Below, one piece after another: positions 56,293 through 64,000 of a stretch of DNA of 64,000 bases (the first letter of the stretch is position 1; every line of letters starts with the position of its first letter). The stretch comes from a virus (lineage: Duplodnaviria > Caudoviricetes), in the IMG/VR virus record IMGVR_UViG_3300028914_000061, positions 64,001 to 128,000 of that record. One strand, given 5' to 3'. The notes under the pieces are model-generated. The model had not been told where the DNA came from. It searched no databases and saw nothing but the letters and a program-made list of their open reading frames with translations. The position numbers were made by a program, and so were the translations under genes.

Positions 56293-56547
56293 CTACATTT
56301 GTATTTCATTTTCTCGCTCTTTTATTGCGTTGCGAATCTTACGCTTATTGATTTTAATTTCAATTACTTGACCTCCTGGCCTAAGCCATTTTCTTGTCAC
56401 ATAACTAATTCCGTTATATATACGATTCCCATAACGGTCTTCATCATAATAACTTGAGAAATGTGTCTTCTTGGCAATGGCCTTATAGAAAGCCTTCAGG
56501 CGTTCAAGCGTAAATGTTGCGAAATATTCTCTTTCTAACTGTGTCAT
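56293..56547 (-). CDS. Basic hypothetical protein
   Basis: ORF in operon. Confidence 0.7.
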   Translation of the reverse strand: MTQLEREYFATFTLERLKAFYKAIAKKTHFSSYYDEDRYGNRIYNGISYVTRKWLRPGGQVIEIKINKRKIRNAIKERENEIQM

Positions 56548-56863
56548 TTTATTCTCCTATTGTAAACAGTGTTATCCACTTAAAAAATCCCAATTTTTGT
56601 CCAACAGCCTTTGTTACATTTGGGCTGAATTGTAGGAATACGGACTGATATTCCATATCGTCATAGTCATCGTAATAATGCTTTCTGACAAGTCCGCCAT
56701 TTGATGTAGTAACTAATCTATACATGATATTAATAAATTAATGATGCAAAAATCAAATAAAAGGCATATGCTATATCATCATATGGGTTATTATTACAAT
56801 AATCACCAAGACGTGAGCATAAGCGACAAAGTTTGAATTTTATTTTCAATTTCAAAGGCATAA

Positions 56864-57055
56864 TTAACTCCTTTCATAAAGTTTACCTTCATCATCATAT
56901 GTAAAAGCATGGGAATAGCTAAATCCATAATCAGTTTTTGTTCTACCCCAAATGAACTTTTTCCCATTTTCCTCAAAAATCCCAATTACTTCATAGATTT
57001 TCTTACTTCTACCGACATTGAAGGTATCTCCTATTTTTAATTCTTGTTTATCCAT
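56864..57055 (-). CDS. Hypothetical protein
   Basis: ORF in operon. Confidence 0.7.
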   Translation of the reverse strand: MDKQELKIGDTFNVGRSKKIYEVIGIFEENGKKFIWGRTKTDYGFSYSHAFTYDDEGKLYERS

Positions 57056-57340
57056 ATCAATTAATCTAAAATTATATCCATATAATTACAAAAGTCTTCA
57101 ACCCACCAATGTTTGTCAGCCTCAGGCATATCCAAGTTCATGTAAAGCCATTCAGCCGCTTTTTTGATTACGTTATTTTTTTCTTCTTGTGTCATAGCAT
57201 TTTATTCTACTATCCAATGAGGGTCTTCGATATTTCCAAGGTCATTGTCATCAATGTATCCTGAATAATCGGAAAGATGCTTACTTATCTCAGCAAGCAA
57301 ATCTCTCATGGGTTTGTTAAAATCTTTTTCTTCATCCATG

Positions 57341-57679
57341 TTATTCCTCTTTGATTAGGTTATAAATCTCTTTTACAACTTTGGGGTCAGGTTCACCCCA
57401 TTCAAGATGGCGTACAATCTTATTAATCAACCCCTTTGCCTCATTTCTTTCTTTTATATATTCTTCACACTCGGCCTTTGTTCCCTTGTAAAGCAAATAG
57501 CCAAGATATTCAGAACGATGGGTTTCTGAACCAAATTTGTTTGAGTTTCCTGAATGTTTAGTTACAATAAACTTTGAACCAGCGCTTGTTACTTCTGTTT
57601 CTGTAACAAATTCATAATCATTTTTCGCTGTGTTAATGATACAAACTGTATCGCCTTTTTTAATATCTTGTCTTTTCAT
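57341..57679 (-). CDS. Hypothetical protein
   Basis: ORF in operon. Confidence 0.75.
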   Translation of the reverse strand: MKRQDIKKGDTVCIINTAKNDYEFVTETEVTSAGSKFIVTKHSGNSNKFGSETHRSEYLGYLLYKGTKAECEEYIKERNEAKGLINKIVRHLEWGEPDPKVVKEIYNLIKEE

Positions 57680-57691
57680 TTTAATTGAATT

Positions 57692-57994
57692 TTAATCAAA
57701 TTTTTTACCACAGAATGGACAGAATTGAATGTCTTCCACTGCTCCACCTTCGCCAAAAGCGCCAATCCATCCATATCCCATATCAAGGCTGGTGTAACAA
57801 TCGTATGTTAATTCCATCTTGGCTTCTTTGTGCTCTCGTAAGATTTCACAAACGCATTTACCTTCAGTATCAAGAATTTCAATTTCGTTTTCTCTGAAAT
57901 AGCATTTTCTATTAGGTGTCATCCACTTGTAGCCTTGTTCGTTATAGTTTGCTTCAACAACGTCAATAATGTAGTTTGAATATAAAGCTTTCAT
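57692..57994 (-). CDS. Hypothetical protein with CxxC / FCPFCG zinc ribbon
   Basis: Motifs. Confidence 0.75.
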   Translation of the reverse strand: MKALYSNYIIDVVEANYNEQGYKWMTPNRKCYFRENEIEILDTEGKCVCEILREHKEAKMELTYDCYTSLDMGYGWIGAFGEGGAVEDIQFCPFCGKKFD

Positions 57995-57998
57995 AATT

Positions 57999-58286
57999 TT
58001 AATCGTAATAATGGGTTAATGCTTCTTCTATGAATTTTTCAATAACGGCAGACATTGCTCCTGTGCTGTTTTCTGAATTTTTAGCGTCTTTATGCTTACA
58101 CTTAACAAATGAATCCCAATTTATAGTACTCATATCTGAATAAGAGCCGCCATAAAATGGGCAACGATGACACTCTTGGTTTCCTGCTTTACCTTTTAGG
58201 CCACGCAACGTACATATTTCGTTGTATGCCACAAGATGGAAATCAAGTGTCACTTTTCCTGTTTCGTATTCGTAAGTGCAAGCCAT
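57999..58286 (-). CDS. Cys-containing hypothetical protein
   Basis: CHRCPF. Confidence 0.75.
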   Translation of the reverse strand: MACTYEYETGKVTLDFHLVAYNEICTLRGLKGKAGNQECHRCPFYGGSYSDMSTINWDSFVKCKHKDAKNSENSTGAMSAVIEKFIEEALTHYYD

Positions 58287-58288
58287 AG

Positions 58289-58525
58289 TTATCTGTTGTA
58301 TTCGATTTCATCAGCAACTTGGCCCATAGCCATCATTGCAAGGCCCAATTGTAATTCCTTTGCATCATCGCCCAAACTGTCAGTACGTAGGACAATTGTA
58401 TCTTCCATACATTTTTGCTTTGCTTGCTCAGCAATCATTTCTTCATATTTTGAGTCTGCATCCAATATCATTTGTGCAGCAATAGCGTTCAAATATTTGT
58501 CTTCGATTTCAATTTCAATTTTCAT
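58289..58525 (-). CDS. Hypothetical protein
   Basis: ORF in operon. Confidence 0.75.
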   Translation of the reverse strand: MKIEIEIEDKYLNAIAAQMILDADSKYEEMIAEQAKQKCMEDTIVLRTDSLGDDAKELQLGLAMMAMGQVADEIEYNR

Positions 58526-58529
58526 GGTT

Positions 58530-59138
58530 TCAATTTTCGTTTTTTAATAATGATTGTAATTTGTTTTTATGCTCTTCGGTTTGTGGCGTACCTGAGAAAT
58601 TGTAGAAATTAAACAGATAAATCTTCATATCATCAGTAACAGGAACGTCAGGATATGAATAATAAACCAATGCGGTCATACTATTTGCCCTTGATTCAAA
58701 GAACCATTGAAGTTTATCATCAAAATCCTTGAAATAACAGTCTTGTCCATTGATATTGATTGAAAATTCATTTCTAAGGAATTTCTGAATAGTCATAAGA
58801 CGTTGTTTACCATCAATCACATAGTTGATGCTTTCGCTTCTGACATCGTAGTTAAACGTGTGTTGAACGATTACGACAGGCTCAAGTGGCTTCTCGAACA
58901 GAATAGAGAAAATAAACTCACTCTGTTGGTAATGTTCCCATACATAAGGGCGCTGTAGGTTAATTCCGTACTTTGGCAGAAAAACGTCAAAGTCATATTT
59001 ACGGTTTCTTGGATTTTCCTCTGTTGCTTTAAGAGCATCAGTTAATCTATAATCCAACAGAACATTCTTATTGACATGAATGTCTTTTGGTAGATTGTGC
59101 AAATCGTTAAGTTCTCTTACGTTTTCAAGTGTGACCAT
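58530..59138 (-). CDS. DUF262 (ParB/Srx-like, GmrS-type) domain protein
   Basis: LQRPYVW..FIFSI..VIDGKQRLMTI. Confidence 0.85.
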   Translation of the reverse strand: MVTLENVRELNDLHNLPKDIHVNKNVLLDYRLTDALKATEENPRNRKYDFDVFLPKYGINLQRPYVWEHYQQSEFIFSILFEKPLEPVVIVQHTFNYDVRSESINYVIDGKQRLMTIQKFLRNEFSININGQDCYFKDFDDKLQWFFESRANSMTALVYYSYPDVPVTDDMKIYLFNFYNFSGTPQTEEHKNKLQSLLKNEN

Positions 59139-59254
59139 AATTATAATTTTAATGTTTACTTATCCATATACAAAAACCGTGCCAAAGTTTAAAATTTATC
59201 CTCCCAATAGTACACCATTGTAATGGCAGAAAGGTTCGCCTTCAATAAATTCAA

Positions 59255-59494
59255 TCATAATTCTTCAAGCTTTTTCTGTTGGTCTTTTTTAAATTCTGAA
59301 ATAAGGTCCATAATCTTTCCATACAATTCTGATGGGATTAAGATTTCCTTTGTTCTTCCATTGAAAGAACGTTGTTTAAAATAGAAATTGCTTTGATATT
59401 CATCATCAGGTCTTGTTAACTCAAATTCAATATCTTCACAATTCTCAATATTGAAATAAAGTTTTAATGCTTGTTCTACTTTATCAGGGCTCAT
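59255..59494 (-). CDS. Hypothetical protein (paralog of next gene)
   Basis: Similar length and termini. Confidence 0.75.
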   Translation of the reverse strand: MSPDKVEQALKLYFNIENCEDIEFELTRPDDEYQSNFYFKQRSFNGRTKEILIPSELYGKIMDLISEFKKDQQKKLEEL

Positions 59495-59724
59495 AGACTT
59501 GCAAATCTTTCTTTAAGTTTTGAAACATGGTTTACTATTAGTTCTACAATGTCATCCTCAATTTCTTTTGGTAGTGCAGTTCCAGAACTTGGGTTATTAT
59601 CTTTCACCATAACAAAATGAGCATCAGGAAATGCTTTTTCATTTGTTATAGTTTTTACTATTTGCTCGTATGTATTAATTTGAAAATCGAGCTTCATAGC
59701 TTCGTTAAGTTGCTCTTTATTCAT
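59491..59724 (-). CDS. Hypothetical protein
   Basis: MNKEQLNEA...KERFASL. Confidence 0.75.
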   Translation of the reverse strand: MNKEQLNEAMKLDFQINTYEQIVKTITNEKAFPDAHFVMVKDNNPSSGTALPKEIEDDIVELIVNHVSKLKERFASL

Positions 59725-59735
59725 AATCTAATATT

Positions 59736-60080
59736 TTAGTTAAATAATTCTCCATATATACAGAACGGGGATTTATCAGCCCAGTTTCCAAATTTGTCAA
59801 CCAAATCACTAAAAATTTGAAGTGGCCTCTTATATGCACTATTCCATGAATATTCATGCGCCTTTTCGCCAGTAATGACATAGTAAGCAGGGGCAATAAG
59901 TATTCTATCCAATCCATCTGCTATGCTAAACATAATGAACGTAGCAATGAATAAAACCCCAAATACTGGGAATAAAACAGCTTGAAGTATGGCAAATATA
60001 ACAAATAAAGCACCGAGTAAAAATGACATAATCGGTACTACAAATGCTTCCTTGAATCGTTTCCAATATTCGTTACTCAT
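59736..60080 (-). CDS. Membrane protein, YYxxTG family
   Basis: PAYYVITG. Confidence 0.75.
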   Translation of the reverse strand: MSNEYWKRFKEAFVVPIMSFLLGALFVIFAILQAVLFPVFGVLFIATFIMFSIADGLDRILIAPAYYVITGEKAHEYSWNSAYKRPLQIFSDLVDKFGNWADKSPFCIYGELFN

Positions 60081-60471
60081 CTTCTATTTTAATTTTAATG
60101 CTACAAATTTTATTCCATATGTTGCCATAAAAATCAACATCATTGTGTGCGCTTCTCCATCTTTCATGGTCGTAATTGGATTCCCCCTCAAGTCTTCTGA
60201 ATGTAAGAACACCTGTCTCAATAATGTCCTCAAACATTATAAGTACGCCATAATAGACATTCAAGAACTTGCTGCCAGTCAAGATGAAGTATATCGGCCT
60301 TACAACTAAAAATTCAATTGGCACAAGTACACACATTGTTATAATAAATGTGAAAAAAATGCAAATCATCTGTATTAGCATCATAAGGCCAAGACCTATT
60401 GTTGATAATATTATACCAAAAAGTTTTAATACAGACAAAATTATTTTCAAAAATCTTTCAAAGTATTCCAT
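60073..60471 (-). CDS. Membrane protein, YYxxTG family
   Basis: PIYFILTG. Confidence 0.75.
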   Translation of the reverse strand: MEYFERFLKIILSVLKLFGIILSTIGLGLMMLIQMICIFFTFIITMCVLVPIEFLVVRPIYFILTGSKFLNVYYGVLIMFEDIIETGVLTFRRLEGESNYDHERWRSAHNDVDFYGNIWNKICSIKIKIEDE

Positions 60472-60625
60472 TATGATTTAATTTTTGGGTGTTTAATAAT
60501 TTTAAACTTATAAGCAAATCCCTTTTTAATGGCTTCTTCGCCACTTTTCTTTGCCTTTCTAATTGATGGGTATTCGATTCCATATGATTCACTACCCTCT
60601 TTGTTAATCCAAATCAGTTCACACT

Positions 60626-60922
60626 TCATGATTCTTCTTGTTGTTCGTATAATTCTTCTAATTCACTTGCGCTGTGTATTCCTAAATCTCCATAATCATC
60701 GGGGTCCCCTCCATCTGAAACGATATATGTTGAGTCGTAAACGCTGTAGTCAGCTCCATCTACATGTTTTAATACATGGATAGTATCAGGAGTAGCAAAT
60801 AATCCACAAATTGAAAGATTTCCTTTTTTGAACAAATTATCAATTGCATTTAAGTGCTTGATAACTTTAAGGTCATCTTCTGTCAAATGTTCTTTTGTTA
60901 GTTCGTAAATCAAATTACTCAT
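60626..60922 (-). CDS. Hypothetical protein
   Basis: DGGDPD motif. Confidence 0.75.
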   Translation of the reverse strand: MSNLIYELTKEHLTEDDLKVIKHLNAIDNLFKKGNLSICGLFATPDTIHVLKHVDGADYSVYDSTYIVSDGGDPDDYGDLGIHSASELEELYEQQEES

Positions 60923-61112
60923 TTTCTTCTATTAGTCCTATTAAATTTTCAATTAGGTTTTGTTTACCAATTGACTTATTAAAGTCATTATACATTTGAG
61001 AATTACCTTGCCTTATTGCCTTTTCATAGTAATGTACTCTCAAGCGTTCCAATTCTGACTTTGGAATCCATATACCACCATTCTCTACTTTATATTCTTC
61101 AAACATATTCAT
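60915..61112 (-). CDS. Hypothetical protein
   Basis: Coupled ORF. Confidence 0.7.
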   Translation of the reverse strand: MNMFEEYKVENGGIWIPKSELERLRVHYYEKAIRQGNSQMYNDFNKSIGKQNLIENLIGLIEENE

Positions 61113-61115
61113 GGC

Positions 61116-61352
61116 TTAAAACTTTCCTCTATGATAACTTCTTTTCTTATGGTGGTTTCGTTTAATGTAGTTTTTAGGCTTTGTTTCGCTTTCACCCATT
61201 ACAACATTGTCATATATGACTTCACGTGTAAAATGTGGACACTTACCAAAGCTTGATACACTCATTGTGCAGTTTCGTCTTCCACAATATGCACATGGAT
61301 AATCAGGCATCGAATTGGTAATTGTATTACTATCTTCAGTCTTCGCTATCAT
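61116..61352 (-). CDS. Small Cys-rich basic protein
   Basis: CAYC..C..C. Confidence 0.65.
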   Translation of the reverse strand: MIAKTEDSNTITNSMPDYPCAYCGRRNCTMSVSSFGKCPHFTREVIYDNVVMGESETKPKNYIKRNHHKKRSYHRGKF

Positions 61353-61561
61353 CTTTTTCTTTCTTTATTCCTGCATCGCATCCATCACATTCGCATGGTG
61401 CTGAGCGTAAATCTTGCCTTACTCCGCAGCAATTACATTTCGGGCCTCTGTATGGTACTGACATATTTTAAAAAATTTATTCACTGCAATATACATCAAA
61501 AACTGTGCCAAACTTTCAAATTTTGTCGGAAACTATATAAAAAAAGTGACTTTCCGACAAA

Positions 61562-61861
61562 TTATACCACATCAAAGTTTTCTTGGAAATCATCTATATT
61601 AGTGATATAGCCACCAACTATAAAATGTTTCTCTGTCCATACATAGGCTTTCACAACATCACCCTTTTTGAACTTATATGTATCTTTTATACATCTTACA
61701 TCAAATTCTTCGACTTCAGTTTCAAGTTGCCCTCTTGCACTGCATGAACTACAGCAGTCTTCAAGTTCATCCCAATCATCACTATTGATTTTAGGGCAAA
61801 CACGGTTAGCTAATTCACCGTATCTTGTACAAAAGAAAACATTATACTTGTGTTCTGACAT
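61562..61861 (-). CDS. Hypothetical protein
   Basis: ORF with leader. Confidence 0.75.
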   Translation of the reverse strand: MSEHKYNVFFCTRYGELANRVCPKINSDDWDELEDCCSSCSARGQLETEVEEFDVRCIKDTYKFKKGDVVKAYVWTEKHFIVGGYITNIDDFQENFDVV

Positions 61862-61962
61862 TTCTTACAATTTTAATTTTATTTTGTTTACTATAAACCT
61901 TATCAACAGATAAGATTAAAGAAGCCTCCATGCACTTTTGGAAGCTTCTTTGAACATCTTTT

Positions 61963-62400
61963 TTACTTATCTTCTGTTTCATTATCTGAATGATTTTCAA
62001 GTTTTTCATCATACCTTTCGACTGAATCATCGTACTTGATATTCTGAAGCCACTTGTAGTACTCCTTGATGATTTCAATATCAGATTCATTTGATTCTCC
62101 ATTGGCAACCTTTCTGATTGATTCCTTTTGAATTGCATTAGGTAGGAAAGCCACAAGTTGATTGAATTTCTTTGTCAAATCATTGTAATTTTTACTCCAC
62201 TGTGCAATTGAATCATCACGGCCTTGAAGTTGCTTTTGAAGGCTGATTATGTTAGAAGAATACTGTTTCAATGCAGTATCCATCATACTAAGTGCAGCAT
62301 CATTTTCCTTATTGGCATGAATATCAAAAAAGTGCCCGTAAATGTACATACCGCTTTGTAGTATAAGAACTACAATCAAAATAATAATTAAAATTTCCAT
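61963..62400 (-). CDS. Membrane-anchored coiled-coil protein
   Basis: N-terminal TM followed by heptads. Confidence 0.75.
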   Translation of the reverse strand: MEILIIILIVVLILQSGMYIYGHFFDIHANKENDAALSMMDTALKQYSSNIISLQKQLQGRDDSIAQWSKNYNDLTKKFNQLVAFLPNAIQKESIRKVANGESNESDIEIIKEYYKWLQNIKYDDSVERYDEKLENHSDNETEDK

Positions 62401-62422
62401 AAGTTATTGTTTATTAAATTAT

Positions 62423-62689
62423 TTACCACGTTCTATCTTTGTCGTAATATTTCTTTCTCCATTCAAATTCTTCGCAATTGATTATCCATTCCATAACAGC
62501 TTCAACAATCGGGTAATGGAAGTCCCAATAGTTGTTTCCTGTAACTACATAATAAACTGCTGCTACAATAAGTTCAACGCTTATTTGAAGAACAAAAGCA
62601 ATAGGAATCAGTGTAAACATTCCTACTATTCGTGTAATCAAAAGGAAAATCCACTTAATTAAGTTCCAAATTCTTTCTAAGTAAATCAT
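62423..62689 (-). CDS. Membrane protein, YYxxTG family
   Basis: AVYYVVTG. Confidence 0.75.
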   Translation of the reverse strand: MIYLERIWNLIKWIFLLITRIVGMFTLIPIAFVLQISVELIVAAVYYVVTGNNYWDFHYPIVEAVMEWIINCEEFEWRKKYYDKDRTW

Positions 62690-63129
62690 AATATTTTGAC
62701 TTTTAATGTTACCATATAGTTTTTTCTATCTCCCTTTTTATGTTTTAATTCGTGTGTCCAAACGTCTTTTACATCGTGATTCCAAAGTCTTTCGGCATCA
62801 CATCCGTATGGGAAACACATAAAGAATACTTTAATGTTTGGTTCAACGATTCCAACATCAAGCGTACCATCATCTTCAACACTGACACATGCAAAATAAT
62901 CTTGTTTGTTGCAGTCATAGTTCTTGTCTCTCATTAATTGGTCCACAAGAACATCGTTTTCGATTATCTCACATTCAACATCAACAATGTCTTCAGGCTT
63001 GCAGCCCCATACATAGCAATGGTCTCTTGATGCACCAAAATGTTTCAAAAATTCACGTTTGTCATCTTTGTGCATAATTGCCGTTGTTACGAACTTCGTG
63101 CCAGGTTCTACCGAATCAATTGTAATCAT
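62686..63129 (-). CDS. Hypothetical protein
   Basis: MCFPYG motif. Confidence 0.8.
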   Translation of the reverse strand: MITIDSVEPGTKFVTTAIMHKDDKREFLKHFGASRDHCYVWGCKPEDIVDVECEIIENDVLVDQLMRDKNYDCNKQDYFACVSVEDDGTLDVGIVEPNIKVFFMCFPYGCDAERLWNHDVKDVWTHELKHKKGDRKNYMVTLKVKIL

Positions 63130-63297
63130 AGTTTATCTGCGTTAATGGTTACTGCAATTCTTGCCCATTCGTCTTTAATTTCTTGTGTCAATAGTGAGTT
63201 AGTTTCTGTGTTCATAATTGGGACAATACAATCTTTGAAGAATCCATCCCAATCCATTTCAAACTCTCCGAAAGTGTTATGAATGTTAGCCATAATA

Positions 63298-64000
63298 TTA
63301 CTGTTTAATTACGTAAATAAAATCATTGAACGTATGCCAATATTCTTCACCATTTAGGCAATACCTCTTATTGTAGTCAAGGTAAATTTTACCATCATCA
63401 TCAACAACCATTTCTACACCGATAACATAATCAACAAGGTCTTTAACCCCCTTGTAAATCCTAATTTCAAATCCATGTCTGTTGAGAATCTTTGTAGCAA
63501 GGCCAGCCTGTTCTTGGACAATCTCTTCGTCAAATTTATATTCGTTGAAAATCTTGTTCATTTCTCCTGTCTCATCACAGAAGTCAAGCCTGATTCTTGT
63601 ATTGTCGAATCCACAATCCTTTGAGAAGTCAACAAATTTCAGGACAAACAAAACATAGTCCAAATAATCCTCAAAAGGTTCATAAATAACTGCAATTGAA
63701 GTAGTTGCAATACCTCTTTCATGTAACTCTTCATTCAACTTTTTAAGGTCTTCATTTGAAGGAATATATTTGGTCCTGAATATTTCCGATGTTCTTTTCA
63801 GATACTCATAATGGTGGACTGAGATATTGACAATATCCACAATATCCTTCATGTAAATCATGCACTCATTAAGATGATAGCCGTTGGTAGTAAGAACAAT
63901 CTTGTCAACTTTCTCTTTGTATCGTTCTTTGAAGTATGCCAACATATTCATAAGTTCAACGAACTCTTTTACATTGAAAGTTGGCTCATTTCCCGTAATG
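63298..64000 (-). CDS. Radical SAM enzyme, N-terminus beyond window
   Basis: Frame open to the edge: ITGNEPT, LTTNG, VNISVH. Confidence 0.8.
   Translation of the reverse strand, partial: ITGNEPTFNVKEFVELMNMLAYFKERYKEKVDKIVLTTNGYHLNECMIYMKDIVDIVNISVHHYEYLKRTSEIFRTKYIPSNEDLKKLNEELHERGIATTSIAVIYEPFEDYLDYVLFVLKFVDFSKDCGFDNTRIRLDFCDETGEMNKIFNEYKFDEEIVQEQAGLATKILNRHGFEIRIYKGVKDLVDYVIGVEMVVDDDGKIYLDYNKRYCLNGEEYWHTFNDFIYVIKQ

Larger units (their letters stand above)
48018..61513 (-). promoter_or_regulatory. Seven - strand sigma54-type promoters (near 48020, 48505, 53252, 53654, 54470, 59169, 61495)
   Basis: CAAAAA(T/C)(C/T)RTGCCA on the + strand, oriented with the genes. Confidence 0.8.

Noticed and set aside
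1-64000. Stop-codon recoding (TAG to Gln) as in Lak and some crAss-like phages
   Set aside because: Long ORFs are intact in code 11, TAG and TGA end genes directly before promoters, and no CTA/TCA suppressor tRNA was seen

Overview
This window looks like part of a large (jumbo-type) tailed phage of a Bacteroidales host, read in the standard code (TAG and TGA are both used as stops). Host evidence: A-rich leaders with no Shine-Dalgarno, TTTG-N19/20-TATATT promoters, a Bacteroidetes-type sigma70, WG-like repeats and a PID-CTERM-like protein. Layout: (1) 1-3.5 kb, a tRNA/ncRNA cluster with two tRNAs interrupted by related 56-nt inserts at position 29/30, many aberrant tRNA-like RNAs and structured spacers. 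(2) 3.6-17.1 kb, probable virion-packaged effectors with (L/I/V)xE motifs and a TATTTAT promoter (tandem ADP-ribosyltransferase-like domains, ArdC-like, SprT, HExxH peptidase), a 4-gene paralog array, and an REase-like/GHKL-like/frameshifted N6-MTase module. (3) 17.4-44.6 kb, a + strand array of small genes, most with their own sigma54-type (-24/-12) promoter TTTGGCAYR-N4-TTGH (about 55 copies in the window by manual count), eight copies of the palindrome TACGCAAWTGCGTA, a second tRNA cluster and a phage sigma70. (4) 44.6-45.3 kb, an AT-rich convergence zone with phased repeats. (5) 45.3-64 kb, - strand small genes including MazG-like, DUF262-like and radical SAM. The two best candidates for new systems are the ACAGCA helix element (tRNA intron plus circularly permuted stand-alone copies, one carrying an anticodon loop) and the sigma54-type promoter cassette array. 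All family calls come from motifs recognised by eye; no database searches were run.
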